Assembly (NCBI RefSeq): GCF_006345805.1
Contig: NC_043005.1
Span: 59,582,001 to 59,646,000, forward strand
Reading direction: 5' to 3'
DNA: 64,000 bases
From: Octopus sinensis
Lineage: Eukaryota
The notes below the pieces were generated by a model, which saw only the letters and a list, made by a program, of their open reading frames with translations, searched no databases and was not told the DNA's origin. Every line of letters begins with the position of its first letter. Position 1 is the first letter of the stretch. Position numbers and translations under genes: made by a program. Shown in pieces: positions 28,480 through 40,720 of the stretch.

Positions 28480-28675
28480 ATATATATATATATGTATGTA
28501 TATATATATATGTATATATATAGTATATATATATATATATGTATATATATGTATATATATGTATGTATATATATATGTATATATATATATATACATATAT
28601 ATATGCATATATATATATATATCTATATATATACATATATATATATAATATATATATATATAATACATATATATA

Positions 28676-28735
<60 letters not shown>

Positions 28736-28771
28736 ATATATATATATGTTATATATATATACATTTATATG

Positions 28772-28835
<64 letters not shown>
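28480..28835. repeat. Long imperfect (TA)n microsatellite (one of dozens in the window)
   Basis: Direct reading; source of the YI-repeat ORFs. Confidence 0.95.
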
Positions 28836-28841
<6 letters not shown>

Positions 28842-29284
28842 ATTGTACGCACGCAGATGCACATATGTATTTACGTTATATTGTATTTGCGTTTTTGCAT
28901 ACTCATATAATACCGCATCATCAAGTCGAATGATTTTTGTTAAGTTTAAGGCAGTATAAAACCTATAATCACCGTGATTAAGTAAAAAATCAGAAAGTAA
29001 ACCAACTCTGAACTTAACGTACTTTCCCATGTATATATTATTGTACGATATAAATTGTGTGTGCATTATGTGAAAAGTATCGAATAAACTCGCCAATAAA
29101 CCTAGCAAACTAAGTATTATAGATTGCAATAAAAAAAATGTTTACTTTGTATAATTTTATTTTTCATTTGATTATAAATTTACATTATTTGATTTCAGAT
29201 TCTGAATTTTCACTTTTATTTTAAAGATTATGCCTAGCTAAAAATGTAAAACGACATATATCTATTTTGTCATTTCTTTTTCAG

Positions 29285-29516
29285 CCTTGTGGAATTCAGC
29301 AATTTCTTAGAATTGTTTTTGGATGGTTGTCTTTTTGGTATTATGGACGAAGCAATGCGTCGAAAGTTCAACATCACAGCACCATCCCGTTTTATTGCAC
29401 TCCCTCGAAAACCAGATTCTAACCATGAGAAGAATAGTGCCCATGGAGACAATCACCTGTCTGAGCACCCAAGTGACATGACATCAGTCAACCAGTGTCC
29501 AAATAATTTTAAATAA
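29285..29516 (+). CDS. Probable terminal coding exon of a host gene; divergent class A GPCR-like TM7, helix 8 and C-tail
   Basis: Strong acceptor (tctattttgtcatttctttttcAG, 29283-84). Open frame xLVEFSNFLELFLDGCLFGIMDEAMRRKFNITAPSRFIALPRKPDSNHEK...NNFK* is visibly GC-richer than its flanks, and AATAAA overlaps the stop. LD-GCLF-x6-MRRKF aligns without gaps to the class A LD-PxxY-x6-FRRxL pattern (inference). No upstream exon found. Confidence 0.55.
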
Positions 29517-30271
29517 ACCAGTTTCTTAAGCATATATCTAAATCATGAACCAGCCGTTATAACTTGTTTATATATTTTTCCTCTACAGGTTCTGTGGATT
29601 CATCTTTTTTAAATGTCATCATTGAACGCTGAATGTATGCATTTGTACCTTATTGTTGTAATTATTGACATTTGAAGTTCGGCATTTATTCGAGCAAAGT
29701 GATATATTATCTGATAAAAGAGGGAAAATAAATGTTATACTTTCTTGTAAATTTTTTTTTTATTATGAAACAATGTTAACTTTGACTATATTAATTGGAA
29801 AAATTATAACAAACAAATCCCATTGCAGATTCTGGACATGATAATTCACATCTACAGAAACAGATTAACATTTAAGCAAGATAATACCTTTTCGTCTGAG
29901 CAAAAACAGAGATTTATGAATTTTGTCATTGCGACAGTTATCAAAAGTATGAAATTAGAAGTATGTCTTAGTAAACAAGAATATGAGTATTGAATGATTT
30001 TCGAAAACAATACGTAGTTTTAATGATGTAAAAACAGTAGGAGCAAATAAAATAAAGGCTTCTTATGAGATTCAAATATCAATAGTTGAAATAATACTTG
30101 AAGATACACACATGATTAATAAATAGTTCGATCCAGGAATATATTAACCATTATCACATTATGTGTATTTATAGGTATCCTATTCTGTACAATAAAATAG
30201 TCTACTTAGTTGCATAGAGTAAACATATTTCGATTACAGGCTATGTGCAAAAAACTATTTTAAGCAGACGT

Positions 30272-30566
30272 TGTGGGAGAGCATCAGAGCCATGTGCTGA
30301 GCTGGATGTTTGGGGATTTGAATAATTCACTTTTGAAAACATGGGTGTTTCGTTCATCATCCTTAGACAGATCTTATTCAGAGACCTTTTATCTGAAGAA
30401 AATAATAACTGGGCCCCAGCTGCAAGGTCATGCAGTATTCATCTTGATAGGAGATCACTGTCGCCCACTTATGGTTGTGATGCACGTGCCTGGTGTACCC
30501 TTATCAGACGAGTAGTCATGATGAGTATATTGGGCTTCGTATATTTGCACACCAGAGTTACTTTCA
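30272..30566 (+). mobile_element. Family E copy with its 3' end interrupted
   Basis: Colinear with 25545-25850; breaks at GTTACTTT, and the (AAT)n tail resumes at ~30734. Confidence 0.8.
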
Positions 30567-30734
30567 TGATAACATTTATTCATATATATTGATTAAATGT
30601 TTATTATTTACAATCTTTATTACATATTTACAAAATAAATACATAGTCAAATAAATAAAAGTTATATTTCGTATGATTGATATGTACATAGGAAAACATG
30701 AGCTTTCTGAATTAGATGCAAACATTCTACATCA
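30567..30734 (+). repeat. Local direct duplication of 31701-31871
   Basis: TGATAACATTTATTC...TTCTACATCA present at both loci, with scattered differences. Confidence 0.9.
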
Positions 30735-30749
30735 ATAATAATAATAATA

Positions 30750-30795
<46 letters not shown>

Positions 30796-32012
30796 TAGTT
30801 TTAACAAATATAGCGTCACAGATTTTGTCGGTGGAAAGGGGTTTGTTATACAGAATCATAGTAAATGTATAGTGAAGTTTTATCGACACCAAAAATTAGA
30901 AAAGCAAGATAAATTACGATGACACTACTAATCATTATTACTACTAATAAACAGTGATAAAACTTTGATGGAAACCAGAAATCATAGCCTTAATAACAGA
31001 ATCCGTGAGAATGACTAAAACAAATGCAGACTAAAATAAAATATCTCCTAACTTAGAAATATGCACAACATAGGATATACCATTAGAAGGTGCTCGACAA
31101 TATCACGTAGAGTAATTAGAAATAAAACAAACAATACACAGATTAAAGAGTTGAGATTATTTGTTCGGTGAAGGCAGGAAATAATATTACAAAAGTGGTT
31201 ATTTCTCATATAAGCATAAAGCCAGAAATTTAATGGGGTAGAAAAAGAGGTGGGGAGGGAGAGCGAGTGAGGGAAAGAGTTAATCTATTCACTCACCCCC
31301 TACCGTTGATCAGTACTTTATTGAATCTGGAGAGATTGAATGCAATTTTGCCCTAGGAAAGATTTGAAATCTCAGCAAAATAGAAAAGAAAAAAAAGGAA
31401 AAATACATCCACACATTTTGGCCGATGCTGTAATGTTTCGGAAAATCCACCACCTTTAAACTGCTAGAATATTAATAATCATTAGGATCCTTGGAAATTC
31501 AACATATTTAAAGATATTATATTAGCATATGAAACACACGCAAGGAATTTCGAAAACGTCATTTGAAATCCTGCCATTTAATGAACACTGTACTTTTAAA
31601 AATAATTGAAATGAATCTAGAAGGTAATACTTATTTACATTCTTTTAGTATGTTTGATTGATATGATGTGCTTCATAGTTTAGGGAAATAAAAGGTGAAC
31701 TGATAACATTTATTCATATATATATTGATTAAATGTTTATTATTTACAATCTGTATTACATATTTACAATATAAATAAGTAGGCAAATAAAAAAAAAGTT
31801 ATATTTCGTATGATTGATATGTACATAGAAAAACATGAGCTTTCTGAATTAGATGCAAACGTTCTACATCATAAATGGGACTATACAGATTGCTTGTGAT
31901 ATACTTATATATATAGCAATACAAAATATGAACAGATGTAAATGAATATAAAAAGAAAACTATTCTATATGGACACATAAAATACTTCACGATTTTTAGG
32001 AACTGAATATAA

Positions 32013-32015
<3 letters not shown>

Positions 32016-32094
<79 letters not shown>

Positions 32095-32102
32095 GCTATC
32101 TA

Positions 32103-32152
<50 letters not shown>
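32016..32152. repeat. (TCTA)n(TCTG)n microsatellite
   Basis: Direct reading. Confidence 0.95.
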
Positions 32153-32154
<2 letters not shown>

Positions 32155-33964
32155 AATACATAAATTTGTCTATCTGTCTGTCTAATAAGATATATCTACT
32201 TTCCCTTCTGCGAATTTATGCACTTGTCTACTTTCATAATATCGATAAGCATTTAAACCTAAAAAAAGCAAACAAAACAATAATGACAGTGCCTAGCTAC
32301 AGCCTTTGGTCTGGCATGCATAAGATAAAATGTATAGCATCCACAGCTGTTTGCCCACTAAAGTTATTTAACTTTTATTTGACTACCGATACATATTTAA
32401 TACTTAAATTTATAGATCTTCATGATATTGTCGTATTATGTAAAAACATTTCGATTGCGCCTAGAGTTTTGAACATTCAAATGCAGAACAATATAGATCA
32501 CCACTCTCTCTTCTCTCTCTTTATCTCTCCCTTCTACATATATTTTTTCTCCATTAGAGTCATTGTCTCGCTTGGCGTGACACACAGACAAAGCTGACAG
32601 ACTGCAAGAACAATGTGATTGATATAATTATTCATTTTATTGACCACAATGGAACAAATATATAATGCAAAAAAAGAAAATAACGAATGTTCATGTGCAA
32701 TAACCAATGAGCGAAGAAAAACTGTTATGCATTATGTTGGAGAAGGTTTCAAATTCAGTAGGACATGCAAAAGATAAGCCTTCTACTGAAAGCTATGAAG
32801 CCATCATATATGTATCATCAGGGTACCCAACGACTCGGATCGCCTTACGTTAGTTTTGCAACCACAGCCCTCCAAACTGAGATTAGCATCTTTGACCGAC
32901 CAACGAAATACCCAATATAACTTGTAGAGTGTTTTAGTCGCTATGTTTTTGTAGACCAACACTGCGCTCAGCAAATTTCCCTAAGGTAACAACAATCCAA
33001 GACTGAACGTCGCAATCGCATTCCAGCCGATAACTTGTATTTTTTGTCATGTACTGCAGCGGCTACCTATAAGCATCTGTGGGTATCACCAGCGCTGCTT
33101 GACTCCGCGTCTCTGTCTTAATTAGCGGGAATACACTTCATTAAGTTCTGCCATATATATCTCCAGTCACAAAAGCATACACGTAGATCCGAATATATCC
33201 AATTTCTTTTTCGAGTAGGTATAAAATTTCATCTTTTTCGATATTTTTAACCCCTCCCCCTGACAACGGATGCTTTCTTTGCGATTTCTTGGACAAATTT
33301 CTCGCTAAAGACACATCTTTTTTTTTTTTGTTACACTTGCTTACGTCTCCAAATTTTTACCTTTTTCTGGAGTTGATTGGTGTCTAGTTATTCTTTCTCT
33401 TTACGAATGTGAGCAACGGTTGTGCTGTTAGTTGATGAAGATGATATTCTTGTTCATATATATATATATGAATTTTTGCCATTATTTTTCCTTTTTTTCT
33501 GCTAGTTAGAATATAGCACTCTGTGTCAGTAAATTTGTTTTTGTGTAATTCCTATTTTTCTGTTAATCATTTTTTTTATTAATATTTTTTGCTTATTAAA
33601 AATATTTCGAAGACGCTAGAGTACATTCGCTATTACAAGGCTTATAATGAGCACGTTTTTCTGTTGCCTCTGAGATAACCCGCGAGAACTACAAATATAT
33701 AAGACAAAAGAACCTTTTTCAGAAATATTGGCACGCAAATAAAAATGTCGATGGGTGAGCAGTTTTTATATTTTATGCCAGATATTAACGAGAATATTTA
33801 AATATTCTTAGCGTCTTTGTTTTGAAAACAAAATTCCAAAAGGAAATTTATAAATAAATACAATAAAATAAAAAGAAACATTCAATAAATAATCCTGGAA
33901 CATGATATTTTCCAAAGGGTCTCTTCGAAATATCACTGCAAAGACATGACAACAATAGAAGGGG

Positions 33965-34023
33965 CACTACTGCTGCTGGTGATGGTGGTGGTAGCGGTAG
34001 TGATGCTGCTGCTATTGCTGCTG

Positions 34024-34055
<32 letters not shown>

Positions 34056-34260
34056 GTTGCTACTATTGCTTGTCCCTAATCAACCACACCTCATCATATT
34101 CTTTCACCTCCTCCACCAACAATCACCATCTCTTCCTCCTCCTCCTCCTCCTACTACTACTACTACCACTATTACTACTACTACTACTGCTACTAATATT
34201 AATAATGGTGATGATGATGATGATGATGATGATGAGGATATAAAGATAATTATTTGATGA
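33965..34260. repeat. Compound trinucleotide low-complexity tract
   Basis: CTG/CTA/CCT/GAT runs. Confidence 0.85.
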
Positions 34261-35014
34261 AGAAGTAATGAATGAAGGAGATTGTCACTGTGCTAAATCC
34301 ATGATTGGTTTTCTCATTTGCATACACGCATAGAAGCCATACACAGCACGCACTCAGACACACATATACGAACGTTGGACCTCCCACATAATAAACATTG
34401 AAGAAAATCTGGAATTTATTCTGTCTCATTATTCAAACAGATATTCCGTATCTGCAACCTTCAAGACATTCAATGCAGATGTAGGAATTATAATTAATGG
34501 TAATTTCTGATAACTGTTTAATTTAAAAATTGCAGAGATTTCTATCATTTTCACTGCGTCACGTACATGAAATACCTGGAATATATGGGATTATTGTGGC
34601 TACTCGAAATAGTTGCTCTGTATTGAACGAGAACAACAACAACAACATCACAAACACACACACTCAGACACGCGCAGATGCTCACACACGGACACACAGG
34701 AACACATAGCCAAGAACAGATATATGCACATATACACTGCCATCCAAGAAACAAAAAAAACACTGCAAAACACAGGAAATTGATCAGTAAAATAAATAAT
34801 GGCCTAGGGACATGATTGGCTGCTTGATAAGGAAGACTGAGTTGCAATTACGGTGTATAAATTTGAGCCCCGTAGCGCCGCGTCTTGGGCAGACAATTCC
34901 AATTCTAGCCTCAGCTTGACTAATGCCTTTTGAGTGAAATTCAGAGAATAAAAGAATAATAACAGAGCAGAAAGTAATCATTTTTCTATGTATGTATGTA
35001 TGTATGTAGCTATC

Positions 35015-35085
<71 letters not shown>

Positions 35086-35086
<1 letters not shown>

Positions 35087-35280
35087 ACGGGAAAGTTTAC
35101 GATAATAAACAAAAGACGAAGGCAGGTGGAGTACAAACAAACAAATGCATTAGTATAGCGCTCAGGAATAGAAATAGAAAAAGTATTTTACGTTCCGAGT
35201 CTACGCTCTTCGACAGAAAGATACATACAAAAAAAACAAGGGGAGAAAAAATGCGTGTAGGAGCTAACGATCTATCATGG
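35086..35280 (-). mobile_element. PLE-type tail between (TA)n runs, with degenerate hammerhead
   Basis: Minus CUUU-CUGUCGA-A-GAGC(GUAG)ACUC-GGAA-CG-UA-AAA at 35185-35220. Confidence 0.5.
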
Positions 35281-35391
35281 CATATATATATATATATATA
35301 TCTATATATATATATATATATATCTATATATATAACATTATTGGTGAATTGAAGAAATGGAGCTGAACGCAGATTGAACAGAAATCGTTTT

Positions 35392-35484
35392 ATTTCATTC
35401 TACACGTGTTTCGAAAGGCACAAATTACCAAAATCCGATTGAATAATGGGACCATATTGTGTCTTTCTCTTCAGGAAGAAAAAA
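35392..35484 (-). ncRNA. Type I hammerhead ribozyme with palindromic minimal helix III (PLE type)
   Basis: Minus strand: UUUUCUUC-CUGAAGA-GAAAGACACAA(33 nt)UUGUGCCUUUC-GAAA-C(ACGU)G-UA-GAAUGAAA, followed by AAUAAA. Helix II is 11 bp with one mismatch. Predicted cleavage 35401/35400. Confidence 0.82.
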
Positions 35485-35596
35485 GGAAATCCGTTGGAAA
35501 AACAAAAACAGAACAGAGGCGGATTTTTGCTACTAAGGTATCGGTTAAACTTTTGATTAATCTACTACAAGATTATTCATCTTTCTATTTCACATA

Positions 35597-35628
<32 letters not shown>

Positions 35629-35799
35629 TTGTGTGTGTGTGTATATATATGGATGGATGGATAGATAGATAGGTAAATAGATAGGTACGTAGATAGGTAG
35701 ACAAATAGATAGATAAAACTGCAGTCATATGACATGTGTGCATAAAAGCACACATATTTGTATCATTGGCAGTCAAGAAAAGTCTGCCTTGGGCGCCGT

Positions 35800-35848
35800 A
35801 ATTGCCTGATCACGTGATTTCGACCTACAGCGTCTCTTCAGTCAACGC
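35800..35848 (-). ncRNA. Hammerhead core with helices II and III intact, helix I disrupted
   Basis: Minus: GCGUUGA-CUGAAGA-GAC(GCUGUAG)GUC-GAAA-UCACGUGA-UC-AGGCAAU. UCACGUGA is a perfect palindrome. Bases 3' of the AUC triplet do not pair with the 5' strand. Confidence 0.65.
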
Positions 35849-36477
35849 TGTCCACTCGCTGCATACCAGCCAAATCATACTGTCAACGATACATATAATC
35901 ACTGTGACTTTTCAGGCACTGATATTGCAGTTAGCCAGTAGGCATTGTTAAGCAGAATACAAACGATTACCGTTTGTCATTAATACTGCTCTGTTGATAT
36001 TAGGAAATGTTTTCTGGGTTTTTATATATATTTTACAATTATAATTTACATAGAATGATTAAAAGCGTTACGCGAATATTCTATATTGCAGAAAAAAAAA
36101 AACAGAAATAAACCGAATGTACCGAGCTCTCAATACAACATACTCTCGTTTGACGGCTGTCTTTGGGTTTGAGACAAGGAATAAATAAGGATAAAATTAC
36201 TTGAAAAATATATGCGCACAAGTTTCCCTGCTCTAGTTATTGTTGACTAATATTCAATTGAGCTTTATGTAATTTTGAAGGTAATAATACTAGCAAATAG
36301 ACATATATATATGTGGAGCTTCATGTACATGTATATGCATACATACATAAAAACATACATATGAGAATATATAGACATATATGTATGCAGATATACTCAC
36401 AGCATGTATATACAACATGCACACTCTCACTCACATCAGCATATATATATATATTCATAAATATGACTGTATTAGAT

Positions 36478-36807
36478 GGCCCATAGCTCAGTGGCTAGAG
36501 CGCCGAAATTACGATTGTGAGGTTGTGAGTTCGATTTCCGGACCGGGCTGCGTGCTGTGATCTTAAGCAAGACATTTTATTTTACATTGCTCCAGTTCAC
36601 TCAGCTGTAGAAATGAGTTGCGACGACACTGATGCTAAGCTGAATCGGCCTTTGCCTTTTTCTTGGATAACTTCGGTGGCGTGGAAAGGGAGGCTGCTGT
36701 GCATGGGCGATTGCTGATCTTCTATGAACAAACTTGCGCAGACTTGTGCCTCGGAGGGTAACATTCTCAGTGCATTCCCAAGATCATTCGTGACCGAAGG
36801 GGGTCTC
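36478..36807 (+). mobile_element. tRNA-headed SINE, family C (tRNA-Arg-like head)
   Basis: GGCCCATAGCTCAGTGGCTAGAGCG...TTACGAT...GAGTTCGATTTCC with ACG at the anticodon position; same body as 979-1298. Confidence 0.85.
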
Positions 36808-36903
36808 TATATATGATTGTATGTATATATACCTGCCTATATTTATAGACGGATATGTATATATATGCCTATATATATACATATATATATATATATAATA
36901 TAT

Positions 36904-36974
<71 letters not shown>

Positions 36975-37253
36975 TAAATATATATATATATAAATTTTCG
37001 AACTTTTTCTCTTATGAGGTTTTTCACGCTATCTACCTGATTATTTCTTATTAAGATTCCTTATTAAGAGGTTGTCCTTAATTGCTAAATAATTTTATTC
37101 CGAAAAAACTTTTCCTATCCGAAATGCAATTCGAAGAAGCCTGCCATTTACCGGATGTAATATATGTAAACTCCCCCATGTGCTTCGTTGAAGTTGAACA
37201 GTTAGCTGCTTGGCTTCGACGAGACAGGGTCGTTTATGTATAATGATACGTTC

Positions 37254-37302
37254 AGGCTTGCTGAAGAGTACATAAGTACGAAATCACAGGTGATACAAGT
37301 CT
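37254..37302 (+). ncRNA. Type I hammerhead ribozyme, intact fold
   Basis: AGGCUUG-CUGAAGA-GUAC(AUAA)GUAC-GAAA-UCAC(AG)GUGA-UA-CAAGUCU. Helix I has 7 bp, helix II 4 bp and helix III 3-4 bp; all core nucleotides are present. Predicted cleavage 37295/37296. Confidence 0.85.
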
Positions 37303-39342
37303 ATATATTTTTTAAATGTCTTGCTTTGAAAGATTGCATTCGGTGGGATTAGTAAAATTTTTGGTAGAAATGACTTTTGTCCCTCTTAGCGTGTGGCATC
37401 TATGTATAATAATGCCCTCTATATATAAATATATATAAATATATATATATATGTATGTACTTACATACAAAAACATAACACTAACGGCCGGGCACACACA
37501 CATACATATATATGGAGAAATGATAGTATTGAAGTATTGAAAAGTGAAAACTCGACGACAAGAAGAATATATCTAATGTATAATTAATAAATATTGTTAT
37601 CTCAAAAATAGTGCAAAATCAGTGATATGAATTGAAAATGATATCAGAAGGCAGGGGAATGTTAGGGAAATGGAGAAAAGAATGTAAACGTGTTTTTAAC
37701 CCAGGAATGCGGGTGTACATGTGTTTGTAGTCAGTGAAGTAAATGTGATGCGGCTCAGTCCTGTAACGGATGTTCATCGTTTCCCGAATACAACAGTATT
37801 GTTGTTTAAACAGTTCTCATGACTACGTATTTAACTGCTGCTTGCATGGTTGTCGCGTTTAGCCCTTGTAGTTAGAAGCCTTTTTGGGATGTCTAAATAG
37901 AATGTACAACACAGACTTTTTGCTTCAAGAATTTCAGCCATTGCTATGTTGCATTTTCGTGACACATCAAGGATTGGCTTTTCATCAACATAAATCACGG
38001 ATTCAGTGTTGCAAGGCTTATATCCTGGACATACTTTGATGTTTCCACGTAAGCATTGCTCTACTGTTTTAGCGTGAGTAGCTACAGCCTTATACAGGAA
38101 TAGGGAAAACATTAAAAGTGTATTTATTGGTAAGTCACTGCAGCTTAATTTAATGTGCTGTTTGTTTAAAAGCTTTCTACATTTCTGGGTGGCAGAGAAG
38201 TGCTTGTCTATTAAGGTTTGAAGCGTTTATGAGATATTTCAGTTAACATCGACTCAAAAAGTATTTGTGAAACATATGCTATTAGAAAGAGAAGAGAGTG
38301 CGAGAGATATAGAGCGAGGGAGTCTCTTAGTTTGGTTTGCGAATAATAGTATTAGGTAATTTTTTTCTTTGAATTCTCTGGCTAGTAAAATGCTATTTTA
38401 ATGGAGATTGCCATATCGAAAATATCCTCATTTGATTATATTTCGTGAAATACAGACATTTTGAGAGGAACGTATTAGAGAACTGAATCGCATTACCTTC
38501 ACTTCATTCTCTACTTACAAATGCATGAATTTCAACTTTGTTACATTTTTCCCTCCATATAATATTTCCTTCTCTTTTCTCTATTTTTCTTTATATTTCT
38601 CTTTAACGCTTTTACTTCCTTCTATCCGCTTCTCCCATTAAAACTAATTCACTTACATATTACTTGTATGCAGTAGTTCCTTTTATGTATTTCCGTTCCC
38701 TTAATGTATTTCTGTCACACATTCTCACGAAAAAAAAAAAAAACTCCATCCATCCAACTTTTTCGCCCACTATTCTTAGGTGCTTTGTGAAGTTTGACTC
38801 CTTAGGCACATCCTCCATATGATCCAATCAAAAGTAACCGTCATTAAATTTTCCGGCTAGATTTCCGAGTGCGACCAACTACGACTATGGATATCGTCTA
38901 ATTATCTCTTTCTTAGTCTATTCTTAGGTCTCCTGCCAGTTAGCTCACCTTGTAAACTCCATCTTGTGAATCTTTCTAATCACATGTCCGTACCACAAGA
39001 GCTCAGTGCAGAGACGTAGTGGTTCGATCTTATGACACTACACACCGTATCGAGTAAAATGGCTCCACAGATCGTTCTGAAGAACGTTATTTCGGTCACT
39101 GATTTGGCGATCGTTCTCTTTCGCCCATTATCACCAAAATCTAAGTTGGACAAATTATCAATTTTAAAGTACATGTCTTCAGATATCATACAAACGTACA
39201 CGCACAGGTACATATGCATACATAGATATATACACACATGCATACATACATATGTAGATACATTCATGCATGTATACATACGTACATGCATACATACACA
39301 TACATACATATATACATATATATACACAAACATATAAGTAGG

Positions 39343-39520
39343 TATTCTTTTATTCTCTTATTTGTTTCAGTCATTTGATTGCGGCCATGCTGGAGCACTG
39401 CCTTTAGTCGAGCAAATCGACCCCAGGACTTATTGTTTGTAAGCCTAGTACTTATTCTATCGGTCTTGTCAAACGATGTTGGGTGGGTGGGGTTACAAAC
39501 ATAGCCACAGAAACATACAC
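39343..39520 (-). mobile_element. SINE family A, 3' half
   Basis: Matches the 3' half of 9452-9856 in reverse. Confidence 0.8.
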
Positions 39521-39594
39521 ACACACACACGCGCACCCAACACACACCCAACACACACATCATATATATATATATATATTATATATTATATATA

Positions 39595-39653
39595 GAGAGG
39601 AGCTTCTACAGTACTAAAACTGTTTCATTCAGAGAATCTTCAGGAGCTTCCTG
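39595..39653 (-). ncRNA. Hammerhead-like PLE tail at the gap edge
   Basis: Minus: GGAAGCUC-CUGAAGA-UUC(UCU)GAA-U-GAAA-CAGU(UUUAGU)ACUG-UA-GAAGCUCC, then (TA)n. Helix I is bulged and helix II is off by one nucleotide. Confidence 0.5.
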
Positions 39654-39753
39654 NNNNNNNNNNNNNNNNNNNNNNNNNNNNNNNNNNNNNNNNNNNNNNN
39701 NNNNNNNNNNNNNNNNNNNNNNNNNNNNNNNNNNNNNNNNNNNNNNNNNNNNN
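39654..39753. other. Assembly gap (100 N)
   Basis: Run of N; true length unknown. Confidence 1.
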
Positions 39754-39960
39754 AATTCCGTTTTGGATTTGTTTTGCACTATTCTTTATGTAATTTCGTG
39801 TGTGAAGCATATTCTGTTGTGTCTGGGGAGAGAAGACGGTCGATGGTGTGTATTTTGGAGAGATTAGAACGAAGGGTGGCACGCATAAGGCGGTAGGATG
39901 TAGTACGGAGCATGGGTAGCATTGTTGTAGTAAGGCCCAGAGAAATCGCACGACTCTACC
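39754..39960 (-). mobile_element. Possible PLE upstream coding fragment abutting the gap
   Basis: Minus frame ATLRSNLSKIHTIDRLLSPDTTEYASHTKLHK; same orientation as the hammerhead tail across the gap (inference). Confidence 0.3.
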
Positions 39961-39989
39961 GCAACGTATGAAAGGATAAGCCTATATGA

Positions 39990-40720
39990 AATATATTTAG
40001 CAGAAAGCTCCGAGATAATGGTATCATTGATCAAAGCAGTTTATCAGGAACTAATAGCTGATTACATCCTCCCACTTTGAAGGGTGTCCGTCTGAAATCC
40101 AGGAACAGGAAATATCAACCAAGTACCTGATGCACAAAAGGGATAGAGATGCTGGAAAAGCAGTAAAATGTGACAACCGATGCAGACTTTGTGGGGTTCA
40201 CACTGAAGATTATCACCCACATCATAAGGAGTTGTCTGAAGATGTCATAACAGTATTATTTCCGGTGAGATATGATGTTGTAGCTAGGACACTCTATACT
40301 GAAATCCGTCGGAAAGATAAAACCCGGACGAAGAAATAAAGACCCACAATATGGTAGAAGCTACAGCCACTCATAATAAAATGGAGTACTGGTGAAATGC
40401 CCAGTGAAGACCACAATAAAAAGTAAGCTCAACAGACCTGATCTAATGATTTGGAACAAGAAGAGAAACTGCGCAGTTGTGGAAATTAGCTGCCCAGTGG
40501 ATGTTAATATAAAGCTGAACATCAGTGAATAAGGGAACACCTACCCTGAACTATTGAGAAATCTGCAGTTACTCTATCCAGATTACAAGTTCAGGTTTAT
40601 ACTTGTAATTATTGGGGTCCTGGAATATGTAACGATCTTGAGGAATTATGCCTCTCAAAGGAGAAGGTTAATTCGAGACTACAGATTCAATCCAGGACTA
40701 GAACTGTATAAATCTTTAAA
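39990..40720 (+). mobile_element. R4-like non-LTR fragment: CCHC knuckle plus restriction-like endonuclease (pseudogenised)
   Basis: IQEQEISTKYL...CRLCGVHTED/ITHIIRSC...RYDVVAR...NRPDLMIWNKKRNCAVVEISCPVDVNI...Y.ELLRNLQLLYPDYKF, with stops and frameshifts. Confidence 0.85.

Noticed and set aside
28860-29129. Protein-like minus-strand ORF (SIILSLLGLLASLFDTF...)
   Set aside because: No recognisable family, it runs into (TA)n, and splice signals are only modest; cannot be supported without RNA data.
36478-36549. tRNA-Arg(ACG)-like sequence
   Set aside because: The acceptor and anticodon stems do not close properly and it continues into a SINE body shared with 979-1298, so it is a SINE head rather than a tRNA gene.
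37831-38112. 93-aa non-repetitive ORF
   Set aside because: Possibly a LINE ORF1 remnant, but I recognise no motif.
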